A stretch of 64,000 nt of DNA from Octopus sinensis (lineage: Eukaryota), in assembly GCF_006345805.1 (NCBI RefSeq), contig NC_043017.1, positions 18,042,001 through 18,106,000 of the forward strand, in the 5' to 3' direction. Shown piece after piece: positions 1 to 11,229 of this stretch; within the stretch, counting starts at the first letter, position 1; the number at the start of each line of letters is the position of its first letter. The notes below the pieces were generated by a model. It did not search any database, was not told the DNA's origin, and saw only the letters and a program-made list of their open reading frames with translations. Both the position numbers and the translations under genes were made by a program.

Positions 1-545
1 AATGTCAGTGTCATACAACCAGTATCATTTGATTCTAATCTTCTATGAAAGCTTTTAGGAAATATTACCTTGTTTAGAAACATAAGGGTTGGGGTAGGAA
101 GAGGACATCTGTCTGATGTACTTCAGCAGATTTTGTCAGGCCTATGTAAGCATGGAAAAGTGAACAATGATAATGATACACACACACACACACCAGTATT
201 ATCTGGTAAATTACTGCTTGATAAGTGTTTTGTTTCAAAGCTAAACCATACGATAGAATATGTCTGTAGATTTTCAGTGAACACCATATGTATAGATAGA
301 TATAAACAGCTTATCAGTATCTTCTTGGGCAGGAAAAAACGATGTCATCCAGATTAGTTCCACACTTGTGTTGGGATCTCATCAGCAACTGCATACCCTA
401 TTGGTAGAATCATTGTATTTCAGACAAATTGTCTTCTTGTATATTTGTTCCAGCTCTCTATGGCCTGAGTTTCAACACTGCTGGGGTCAACTTTGTCTTT
501 CATTCTTCTGGAAGTCAATAAAATAAAGCACCCAGTCAAATTCTA

Positions 546-844
546 GTTCCTTCTCGAGCCATGCCTGGCTCATAAGGGCCGGTTTTCCCGGTTTCTTGGT
601 GTATAGGTCCCCCACCTGGACGGGACGCCGGTCCATCGCAGGTGAGCTGCAAGATGCATGAGGAAAGAATGAGAGAAAGTTGTGGCGAAAGAGTCAGCAG
701 AAGTTTCGCCATTACCTTCTGCCGGAGCTGCGTGGAGCTTAGGTGTTTCGCTCATAAACACACACACTGTCCGGTCTGAGATTCAAACCCACGATCCCTC
801 AACCGTGAGTCCGCTGCTCTAACCACTAGGCCATGTGTCTCCAC
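546..844 (-). mobile_element. tRNA-derived SINE (family A-related)
   Basis: Head with A box (tagtggttagag) and B box (ggtttgaatc) on the minus strand. Confidence 0.8.
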
Positions 845-1169
845 ATCAAATTCTAGGGTTGATTGTAATTTACTATTCTCCCTCCCCCAAATAACATAGG
901 CATTGTGCATATGTTAGAAACTATTGTTAATTATTATGACACTAAACTGACAAAAACCAGGTAGTAATAAACTAAATGTTGAAGTTCATAAAATAAGTAT
1001 CAGTAACATACTCAAGGACCAATGTATTTCACTGTTATAGCCTCCAGAAATTTGTCACCTTGTGCCAATGCTTGAAATTTAATATGTGGTAATGATTAAA
1101 GAAACCAAAATTGATTTTGTAGCATTTGGGAAACTGAAAATTTGATTTAATTTTCTGTTTTATTTTTAG

Positions 1170-1251
1170 TGAATGTTCTATTGTCTTTGGAAGAAACTTA
1201 TGCTGATATTATGCCAGTTCATGTTAATAACACCAGTAAATCTGCTTTTGT
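1170..1251 (+). CDS. CDK5RAP1: CDK5RAP1 internal exon
   Basis: ttttag|TG..GT|gtaagt; [27 protein letters not shown]. Confidence 0.93.
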
Positions 1252-4200
1252 GTAAGTTTAATGTTTTTATTTAAAGTAATATATCTTCTTTAATTAACAG
1301 TGTTCCTTTTGACATCTACAAACTTCACTGTATTACTTCACTGTATTCTGGCATAGAAGACTACCACCACTCTCTTCTTAGACCTTGTCTTTTATTTAGC
1401 TGTTTTGATTGTAAGGAGATTATGTAAGAATATTGACCACAGCAGCGGTTTTCAAACATTTTATATTGAACTGGAGATCAAAATTACTGTTGAACTTTGC
1501 CAGGATGTGACAGTAAATGGAAGGCATCAAGAACAGAGCGCTGGTGGTTCCCAGGTACAAACAGTCTGGGAGAACCAGTAGCTGTGTCACAAAGAATGGT
1601 GCCTTCAGCAGTCGGAAGTGGGAGATAGGCAAACTTGCAACAGGACAACTTGGTAGAAGCTAAATCCAAAGTGTCCAGAGCTGGCTGATCCTGCACAATG
1701 GCAGTTAAATCGATTGCAGCAGGAGATGAAAGGGAGCACACAAGAAGACGAGAGAGTGCGTCAGCAGGCATGTACTCTGTTCCAGCTATGTGCCGAATGT
1801 CACTTGTGAACTGGGAAATGTAGTCCAGGTGATGAAAAGCATGAGGCGAGTGTATGTCCGATTTAGATGACAGAGCAAACATAAGAGGCTTGTGATCAGT
1901 ATAAATCACAAAATCTCGGCCCTCAAATTGATGTTGAAAATGCCGAACTGACAGGTAGATCTGTCAGAAACCTGTAATCAATAATGATACTGTGCACCAA
2001 TTGTGATATAAAATATCCTAAAAATAAACATCTTTGGCAATCGAAAGTTGAGTATCTTGGCCCAGCGATACAACAGTGTCACTGGAAGGAAATGAACTCT
2101 TGACTTCTCATCTGGTATCTTGATTTGAAATTATAGAATCATGATGATGTACATTGGCAAATAATGAATAGAAATAGATTGCAAAATGATGAAATTCTGG
2201 TTGTCTGCTGTTTTTTTAACTATGTGTATTCACTCTTTGTTGGTAGAGACCATCCCTGGTTTACTCCAATTGTGCAGTTTACTTGTGAGAAAAAAATAGA
2301 AGCTTGATGTTTCAAGCACCAGGACCCTTCTGGGGAACTGCTTTTTTCTTTTCTTAGTTTATTTGGTCCTCTCTCTATTCAGAAATTAGCTCTTTTGAAT
2401 GGAGATATTATTTAAATGATTTTAATAAATCCCATCATTGTTTACAGTTTGAAGGTAATACACATTTGTTATTGACAGGTCAATCATGCGTGGTTGTGAT
2501 AATATGTGTTCCTATTGCATTGTGCCCTTTACACGGGGACGAGAACGGAGTAGGCCAGTGGATTCTATCCTGGAAGAAATTCGCATCTTATCAGATCAGG
2601 TAGGAGCAATTTTTGTTGGGTATAGATACAAATATAACTTATCACACCTTTATTCATAAACATTTTTGTATGAACACTAAAATAGCTTAATACCTAATAT
2701 TGTGGGTACCTTTTCCTTCTCTGAACACTAATCTCTGCTTGCGAAGACCTGTTGAGGCAAGTGAAATTTGATGACAGGCACAAGCACCATACGAGCGTGA
2801 TCGCTGCCAGCCTTGCCTTACTGGCACTTGTGCCCCATGCTAGTAGGGTGCTAAGAGCACCATCTGAGCGGGATCGTTGCCAGAGCGGCTAACTGGCTTC
2901 CGTGCCGGTGGCATGTAGGAGGCACCATTCGAGCGGGATCATTACCAACATCGTCTTATTGGCACCTGTGCCGTTGACATGTGTAAAAAATTCAAGCGAG
3001 GTCGTTGCCAGTACCGCCTGACTGGCCCATGTGTAAAAATTCGAACGAGGTCATTGCCAGTATCGCCTGACTGGTCCCCGTGCTGGTGGCATGTAAAAGC
3101 TCCCACTACACTCTCAGAGTGGTTAGCATTAGGAAGGGCATCCAGCTGTAGAAACTCTGCCAGATCCAGACTGGAGCTTGGTGTAGCCATCTGGTTCGCC
3201 AGCCCACAGTCAAACCGTCCAACCCATGCTAGTATGGAAAGCGGACATTAAACAACGATGATGATGGTAACCCTTAATAACTGAAGCCCAACCTATATTT
3301 ATAAACATTCTTGTATACTTGCAAGGTTGCCTGGGTGGGTTGCTGGGTGGCTCATGTGATGCAGCATGCTTTGCCTCAATGACAGCAGTGAGCTTGCGTG
3401 AACTTACCCCAAACCAATCCCGTGTCTTACACTGTTTCATGCTAAAAGCCTTCAATGCAGTACTATGGATGGAGTTCCTGAGATAATCCCATCTCAGCTA
3501 TGACTCTACATCTCAAAGATCTGTGGAAAGGGTATCCTCCATGAACTTGATGAACTCTTTCACTTTTCTGAGTGTCATGTCACAGTTACATTAATTCAAA
3601 CTCATTTATGTCACACCTGATTTGCATATACATCAGATGAGTCTACTCCAATAAAAAAAGACTGATACTTGAAAAGCTACACTGTCACATTCTGATGATG
3701 GCAAGTAATTTGAGGCTTAAAAGGCACGGTTGACCTTTACTTTGAGTGTGTTGGTGAATATAATAATAATATATTTCTTTGCTACCCACAAGGGGCTAAA
3801 CACAGAGTGGACAAACAAGGACAGACAGACGGATTAAGTCGATTATATCGACCCCAGTGCGTAACTGGTACTTATTTTATCGACCCCGAAAGGATGAAAG
3901 GCAAAATCGACCTCGGCGGAATTTGAACCCAGAACGTAATGGCAGACGAAATACGGCTACGCATTTCGCCCGGCGTGCTAACGGTTCTGCCAGCTCGCCA
4001 TAATAATCATCATCATCATACATTCAGTTTCCATGCTGGCATGGGTTGGATCATTTGATGAGATCTGGCCAGCTGAAGAGCTGCATGTCTGTTTTGGCAT
4101 GGTTTCTACAGCTGGATGCCCTTCCTAATGCCAACCCCTTTACAGAGTTTATTGGGTGCTTTTATGTGGCACCAGCAACCACGAGCCCACAAGGAATGCT

Positions 4201-7200
4201 CAGCTGGAGCGGGATGCTGGAGACATGCTTGTGTGCAAGGACAACTACAGTTTTACTTATCTCGATGTGTCTTCTCAAGCACAGCAAACTGCCAGGGGTC
4301 ACAGTCCTCTGTCATCCTCTCTGTGAGGCCCAACATCTGAAGATCCTGGGTTAAGAACCTCTATCGTCCATCAGAAATATCTCGTTTTTTAATTCCAACT
4401 GAATCATCTCATTTTACTTCAATGTTACATTACATTTTCTTATTAGCCTCCTTAAAATTCAGGGATGAAGTTTACTGAGGCTAATATAATGAATTTGAAA
4501 AATATCTCAAGGTGGCACCCTAGCATGATCAGAGTTCGATGACTAAAACCAGTAAATTAAGAAAGAATGTATATATAATTTTGTCATTTATGTTACAGGG
4601 CATCAAAGAAGTCACACTTTTGGGTCAGAATGTGAATAGTTACCGTGACCTTTCCACATGGCAAAGTGGTGTTGACCTCAACCCCACGCAGATGGCATCA
4701 GGCTTTAAAACTGTATATAAATCTAAAAAAGGGGGACTGCGTTTTGCTGACTTATTGGACAAAGTTGCTTCCATAAATCCAGAAATGCGAATCCGTTTTA
4801 CATCACCTCATCCAAAGGATTTCCCAGATTCAGTAAGAAATGTTTATTTTCAATAGAAAGTTGATTTGGCTGCTATTTCTAATAGGTCAAGTAGTTGTAC
4901 TTAAAACTACTCTTGTATTGATGCTGGTGCTTCTGAAAGCAGTGGTTATCATTGTTTCATCTATGTGACTAGATTATCCAATGCATCTTTTGCACTGGAT
5001 ACACAAGTAGGATTAATGAAACAAAGTCAGCAATTAAGGGATTTTTTTTAATATCTTTTCTAAATTTTTAACTTAAAAAATTTTTTTTTGCTAAGTGCAC
5101 AATTAATTCTACTTATTTCATCTTGTGTAGCAAAAAGTTAAAGATACTGAGAACTACCAAGATAGAACATTCCTTTTTAACATGATGACTTTTATATTTA
5201 GGTCAAGGTACCTTGTTTTGTCATTTGAACAAAAAACTAGAACACAGAATATTTAACCTCCCAAACATTTTGCTTCTATTTCAATGATTTGATATAATTT
5301 TTTTGTGTTTCAAAAGAGAATTGTTATTTGTTATTGTATCAATGCTAATTAAGTTTCTCCTGAATCTAGGTGTTGCAGTTAATCAAAGAAAAGCCCAATA
5401 TTTGCAAACAGATTCACCTCCCTGCACAAAGTGGTAACAACTTTATCTTGGAACAGATGCGACGTGGATATACAAGAGAAGCTTACCTTGATCTTGTTCA
5501 TCATGTTCGTCATGTGATTCCAGGTAAAAAGAAAGGCAACATCAGAGATATGTCATTATTCTTAATTTTGTTTTATTGATTTTTTTTTTCATGCTTTGAC
5601 TTAAAAAATATATTCCATAAGGAAAAGGTATAAAGAGATAAAAAGCTTGCGTGTGGACACAATATAGAAAGCAAGTTCTATCTGTAGTCTTGGGGGGGAC
5701 TAAAAACGTAACAAATATTTGGCCACATATGGACATGAACCAAAAAGTTTTGTCCTTGAATTCATACATGTAGCAGGGTCTAAGCTGCTTTTCCAGATGA
5801 GCCATCTTTCCATATCACATAGACCGCACTTTCCACTGCCGTTGGTGTAGGGCTTACACTTGGCTAAAATCTTCCAATGGATGTTGTAACTGACACCTTT
5901 ATCTTCTAATGACCATATATGACTGGATAATTTGGTCATTTTCCTTTTATCCCAGTGCCTAAAGCTCTAAATCACTAAAGTTAAACTCTGGTCATGAGAG
6001 TGGCCAATGGCTTCGCATCTGCGGAAGACGCAGCTTTGTGGACAGCTCATCAGACTCTATACAAAGACAAATTTAACTATTCACCTCGTGGAGGTGGAGA
6101 AACACTATGGTCAATTGGTGAAACGGCTGTCAGAGAAAAACAAAACTGTTAGTGAGGACGAGTTGTCTCCCCTGGGTTATTCATTTCGTCAGTTCTCAAA
6201 CTGTTAGTGAGGATGGGTTGTTTCCCCTGGGGATTTATTTCGTAAGGGAGACAACCCGTCCTCACATTTTTTTTCCCCTCAATTTCCTTGTCCGCTTGCT
6301 CTCTCTCCTCTCTAGCGTTGTATGTTTCTTTTACCCACCTTTCCTATTCCTTATTATTGTTTCTCAGTTTCTCTCCCTCATTTTCTTCTTCCTACTTTGT
6401 ATTACTCTTTCTTCCTCACACTGTTCTTTCCTCTCTCTCTGTTGTCTATCAAACTTTCTCTGATTTTCTGTAATTCCAGACATAAGCCTGTCCAGTGACT
6501 TCATAGCTGGTTTCTGTGGTGAGACAGAGGCAGCTCATCGTGACACCGTCTCCTTGATGGAAGAGGTCTGCTACAACTTTGCCTTCACTTTCCCATACAG
6601 TATGAGGCAGGTGAGCTGAAGGGGAACATATCTTTATATTTATTTTCATAGATTCTTGTTGAATATAGTAGTGGAGTAGCAGGTGACAGTAGTGTGTCAG
6701 AAGGCTGCCGTGTGATACTTGCTTATGATGTCTCTTTACATTTCATGTTTAACTTTGCCTTTCATCCTTTTGTGATTAATGAAATAAAGTGCCAGTCAAG
6801 TAATGTGTATGTATGTGGGGCGGTAATTTGTCCACTCTCCTCAAAATTGCTGACCTTGTACCAGAATTTGAAAGAATTATCATTGTTGTGATACAAGGGA
6901 TAAACTGGAAGAATCAGTAGAGCCTTTTGTATTTTGTTGGACTCTTTAACATTCTGAGTTCCAAATCCTTGATAATCAACTTTAATTTTGATCATTTGGA
7001 GGTCGACACAATAAGTTTCAACTAAAGATTGGTGTTGACGTAAATAACTGTTCCTCTCCATCAAATTTCTGTCTTAATGCTTAATACTAAAAATAATTAT
7101 CATCATCATCATAGTATATTTATAACTTACAATTTAATCTCTCTAATCTGACACTTGGTCTGTTCTCCCTTACTCCTGCTCCAGAGCGTCGGCTGTGGGG

Positions 7201-10200
7201 TCACTCTGAAAAGATTTCATCTCAGTCGAAGGAGAGGGGCTTTCTCCGTCCGGGTTGTGGATCCGTGGAATAAGCTGCCGGACAAGATAGGGAAGATGCC
7301 AACGACCGCTCAGTTCAAAGTCTCTCTTGACCAGAAATGGCCTGAACTCTTTGCATGAACACCTTCCTGTACATAACTCCATGTCTCCCTACATGGCTTT
7401 GCTTTTTGAGCCAAAAATTTACTATGTCTTGAATCATGTTTTTTGTAATTATTTTCTTTTATTTCTTGAATTAAACAGAAAACCCGTGCTCACCATCGAC
7501 TCATTGATGATGTCCCCAGTGAGATTAAAGCCAGGCGACAGGCTGAACTGGCAGAGACATTTCGCAAAGGAGCTTTAGAACTGAACACACAGCAGATTGG
7601 GCAGTTACAAATTGTTCTCATCAGTGGAGTAAGTTCTTTGATTACTACACTTAGCAAGATGCAAAGCCAAGTAGATTGTTATTCTTATGATCTTAAGTCC
7701 ATGTATGCAATTTCTGGGGCTATTAGTGCATTGAGCAAGGGACCCCATTTGGGGTTGTTCAGTGCACTCAGCTGAAAATGAGCTGCATGCTTGATAGAAA
7801 CAAACCCAGGCTAAATCCTTATAGTCATACCCTGGGTTTTTTTCAAGTACCTTTACTGTATGCATTTGAACCAAACTCCTACTTTCCTCTCGTCACCCAT
7901 GATTTTAATACAGATGTTACAGTGGCTAGAATGAGATACAAATGGAAGAAGTTCTGGGAACCAAGTGGCATGCTAATGAAGAGGGGGAGTGAAACTGAAA
8001 GGAAATGTGTGTACTGCATGTGTGAGGTGTGCTATGACTCATGGGTGTGAGACCTGAGTAATGGGCGCAAAGCAGTAGAAAAGAACAGAAATAATGGTTC
8101 GGTGGATGAGTGAAGTATTGTCAAGAGAGGAAGATAGATTACGAATTGCAGAGGATGACAGGAATAGGGCCAGTGGATGATTGGAGTATTGCTGAGAAGG
8201 AAATGAATTATAGAGGATGATAGGAAGAAATAGAGCCACTAAATGATGTTCGAGGAGAGAAGTGGAATGAAAAGGCTAGGTCATGTGTGAGAGGAATGAT
8301 GGATTTGTACATGAAAGTACATAGAGGAAGATGAAGACTGAGAAAGACAAAGCTAAAGGTGATTGAGTTGGTTAGGAAGCATGTAGAGGATAGAGCAAGA
8401 CAGATTGGTGAGGAGGGATATAGAGGCCCACAATGCTGATCCCTGATTCAATCTCAATAGTCTGATTAGGTATGGAAAGATTAAACCCAATGCTGTTCCT
8501 CATGGCTATGGCATCAATTATCCACTGGTAATGTTTACTGAATTCTTTATCTATCACCCAGACGAGTAAGCGGTCTCAACTGGATCTTGCTGGCCGGAAT
8601 GATGGCAACACAAAAGTTATTATACCACAGACCAAAATACCAATTTTTGAAGAAGCAGAGCCAACAAGAACAATAGAAGTGGGTGACTACATTGTTGTTC
8701 GAGTGAGTAATATTGTTTCCATATCTAAAGATTACTAATGGAGCATGATGGATGGGGGCCGAAATTTCAAACCCGTGACGCTAATTATATTGTTGATAAG
8801 CCCTAGCTCTACCTTGATCAAGCCATGTATAATTAAAGGTATTCCATTCATGACTATCATGTTTTTTTTCTGATTTATTGTATTTAGCTCTGCAGTACTT
8901 GATGTACAAATCACATTAACATCTTTTGAAAAGCTGGTAATGTGATTTGAAGGAGGTTTGGCTGGCATTTCTAACACTGTAATGGGGCTGCTTTGTTTAT
9001 ACCTCTTACCTAGGGAGATACATTGCAGAGAACAGTCAGCCTAGCTATAAAGCTTGACACAACCAACTAATCGGGATCCTCTTTCAGACCACATAACCTA
9101 CTAAATTTCCAACCAAATCTCCCTCAAATTACTACCATTTTAACAAGTTTTCATTTAACCTAAATAGCTATGTTTTATATACTTTTTTCATTGTAACATT
9201 CTGGTAAGATTATTATTACAAGATAATATAGTCTATTTTGTTTTAGAAGGTTCTATATAAAAGTGTAGTTCACCATTTTTCAACTGAGGGTATGTTTCTG
9301 CTCCCTGCTGAAGGACAAATTCAACAGTGGAGGCAGAGAAATCACACTTGATTTTCTTGTTTAGCCCAGAAATTCATATTTTTCTTATGTCATGCAGAAT
9401 TTACCAGCGGCTTACAACTCTGTTGTTAGTGTTGAAGTTCAATGTAAGAAAAGCAGTGACAATTTTTATTTTCCTTTTTTTCATACTAGCATGAGTTAGA
9501 CAATCATAATTACTGAGGGATTGCTTTACAACCAGATACCCTTCATGTTACTAATACTTATTTATAATTTGTTGACAAAAGAAATAACATCATTATTTTG
9601 TAGCTCAGCAATTTCCAGATACATGCAAGTGTAAATAGACAGACACACACAATCATCATCTATTTCTAGATCTACCTATTCTATAGGTTCCCTTCACAGT
9701 TAGAGATCAGCACTTCTTTATGCAGCTGTCCTCATCCACCAAGTCTACAGTGGAGGTGGATATTCTGAGAGTGTAGCTGCTAGAATAAGAATAGGCTGGG
9801 CAAAGTTCAGAGAGCTCCTTCCTCTGCTGGTAACAAAGGGCCTTTCAGTCAAAGTGAAAGGTAGACTATGATGCCTGTGTACAAACAGCCATACTGCACA
9901 GCAGTGAAACATAGGCTGTGACTGCTGAGATCATGTGTAGGCCTGACAGAAATGAAGCTAGCATGTTCTGTGTGCTTCAGAAGGTCCGGCAAGCCAAGTG
10001 AGATTGGCCAATGCCTGTTGAACCAATCTGATGTCAGTGCTGCCTGACTTGTAGCACCTAAAAATCACCATTCAAGTGTGGCTGATGTAATTGCTGCCTG
10101 ATCAGCACCTAAAAAGCACCCATTACACTATTGGAGTGGTTGGCATTAGAAAGGGCATCCAGCTGTAGAAACCTTGCCAAATCAGATTGGAGCCCGATGC

Positions 10201-10609
10201 AGCCTCCTGGCTTACCAGTTCTGTCAAACTATCCAACCCATACCAACATGCAATGTGGACGTTAAATGACAATGATAATAGAGATCATCATCATCGTTTA
10301 ACATCCATCTTCATGACAAAATTATTAGGAATGCAATACCATTTTTCTTTTTGTGCCTTATAATTTAACACACTCACCGGTAAAATTTCCACTCGTCTTG
10401 TAACCTTTTCAATAGTCTTGACTCTGTTTTTACTAAATTCCTTCTTCTAAAATCTTGATCATATTGAAAATCTATCATTTTCCCTTCTCTTCCAATAGAT
10501 AACTGGTGCCTCTTCTCAAGTGCTGAAAGGTGAACCTCTGTACCACACAACTTTGGTAAACTTCAGCAGAAAACAAACCCCCCAAAGAATCCAATATTGC
10601 CACAGTTAA
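1170..10609 (+). CDS. CDK5RAP1: CDK5RAP1 / MiaB-family tRNA 2-methylthiotransferase, 5'-partial gene (8 coding exons in window)
   Basis: join(1170-1251,2479-2599,4599-4832,5370-5523,6480-6610,7479-7628,8562-8702,10499-10609). All introns are GT-AG and the phases match. Radical-SAM motif [13 protein letters not shown], plus [40 protein letters not shown] and a C-terminal TRAM-like region. N-terminal exons lie upstream of the window. Confidence 0.96.
1484..1975 (-). mobile_element. Ty3/Gypsy pol fragment (RNase H to start of integrase)
   Basis: [39 protein letters not shown]...ADALSRL, H..SHPG. Confidence 0.88.
2479..2599 (+). CDS. CDK5RAP1: CDK5RAP1 exon with radical SAM CxxxCxxC motif
   Basis: gacag|G..CAG|gtagga; [40 protein letters not shown]. 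Confidence 0.96.
2700..3265 (-). mobile_element. Short retroelement family C with ~5 internal ~60-bp tandem units
   Basis: catcatcgtttaa.gtccgc.ttccatgctagcatgggttgg consensus. Other copies at ~4020-4370, 9965-10270, 11263-11445, 14178-14285, 15962-16105, 43490-43660, 49108-49295 and 60040-60205. Confidence 0.82.
3772..4000 (-). mobile_element. SINE family B
   Basis: ggcgagctggcagaa..ttagcacgccgggcg...ttctgagttcaaattccgccgaggtcgac...ccccttgtggg. Confidence 0.85.
4599..4832 (+). CDS. CDK5RAP1: CDK5RAP1 exon
   Basis: tacag|GGC..TCA|gtaaga; [17 protein letters not shown]...[15 protein letters not shown]. Confidence 0.95.
5370..5523 (+). CDS. CDK5RAP1: CDK5RAP1 exon
   Basis: tctag|GTG..CAG|gtaaaa; [39 protein letters not shown]. 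Confidence 0.95.
5700..5975 (-). mobile_element. Penelope-like element, C-terminal (GIY-YIG endonuclease-distal) fragment
   Basis: [18 protein letters not shown]...Y.I.WKI...KPY...SGKC.LC..E...I...N.R..L...C....K.LL. Confidence 0.8.
5994..6060 (-). ncRNA. Type I hammerhead-ribozyme-like motif with variant core
   Basis: Minus strand AGAGU-CUGAUGA-stem II-GAA-G(cc auu gg)C-C-ACUCU; G15.1-C16.1 in place of the canonical A-U. Confidence 0.4.
6480..6610 (+). CDS. CDK5RAP1: CDK5RAP1 exon
   Basis: tccag|AC..CAG|gtgagc; [44 protein letters not shown]. Confidence 0.95.
7168..7395 (+). mobile_element. CR1-type LINE 3' end
   Basis: [23 protein letters not shown]...FKVSLDQKW is the typical CR1 ORF2 C-terminus. 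Confidence 0.8.
7479..7628 (+). CDS. CDK5RAP1: CDK5RAP1 exon
   Basis: aacag|AAA..GGA|gtaagt; [31 protein letters not shown]. Confidence 0.93.
7915..8380 (+). mobile_element. Degenerate RTE-clade LINE fragment
   Basis: [16 protein letters not shown]...KG.VY.ACV...HG.ETW remnants. Confidence 0.6.
8562..8702 (+). CDS. CDK5RAP1: CDK5RAP1 exon (TRAM domain)
   Basis: cccag|ACG..CGA|gtgagt; [21 protein letters not shown]...VGDYIVVR. Confidence 0.93.
9745..9965 (+). mobile_element. RTE LINE RT C-terminal fragment
   Basis: [34 protein letters not shown]... Confidence 0.8.
10499..10609 (+). CDS. CDK5RAP1: CDK5RAP1 last coding exon
   Basis: pyrimidine tract + aatag|ATA; [36 protein letters not shown] (TAA). 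Confidence 0.9.
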   Translation: MTGASSQVLKGEPLYHTTLVNFSRKQTPQRIQYCHS

Positions 10610-10965
10610 TTGGTCATTTGCTTGAGTAATAGGAGTGAAATCTACATTTCAACCTCATCAATTTGCAGTCCACTTTCATCAGCTGCAACTATGAAAATAT
10701 CCAGCTAACAGTCCATGAACAATCAACCTGCAAGAGAACACAACTAAATCTTTCTCAAGTCAACCCTACCATCTTAAAACAAAGCATTTAATTGTATAAC
10801 TTAGAATACAATTAAAAAAAAAAAGCAGTGAGAAGAAAGATGATACCTGCAAAACCCAAACTGCCTCAGGGAGGACTATAGCCTAGGATTGAACAGTAAT
10901 GAAAATAATTTATAATAAACAAAACAAAACAAAGCTAAACAAACATCACATTTATAATCACAATA

Positions 10966-11229
10966 TTATTTCTTCTTCTGACGCTTACGTCTTTGTTTAT
11001 GCTTTTTTTGATGTGTTGGTGGTTTTGGCACATTTTTTGATGCTGCCGTTGTCTGGTTCAGCAAAACACTACGAGCAATAGGTCTGATAATGGTACCCAT
11101 CTTGGTCTCAATTTTAGGTTTAATCAGTTCTTTTACCACAGTTTGAGGATTCCAGTCTTTACCAATAGGAGCTGCTATGCTCACAGCAAAGTCTTTGGCA
11201 TTTACATAAGGAAATGGTAATTCTTTTAC
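10966..11229 (-). CDS. UTP14: UTP14 last coding exon
   Basis: ttcag|VKELPFPYVNAKDFAVSIAAPIGKDWNPQ...GTIIRPI...KKK* (TAA). Confidence 0.94.
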   Translation of the reverse strand, partial: VKELPFPYVNAKDFAVSIAAPIGKDWNPQTVVKELIKPKIETKMGTIIRPIARSVLLNQTTAASKNVPKPPTHQKKHKQRRKRQKKK

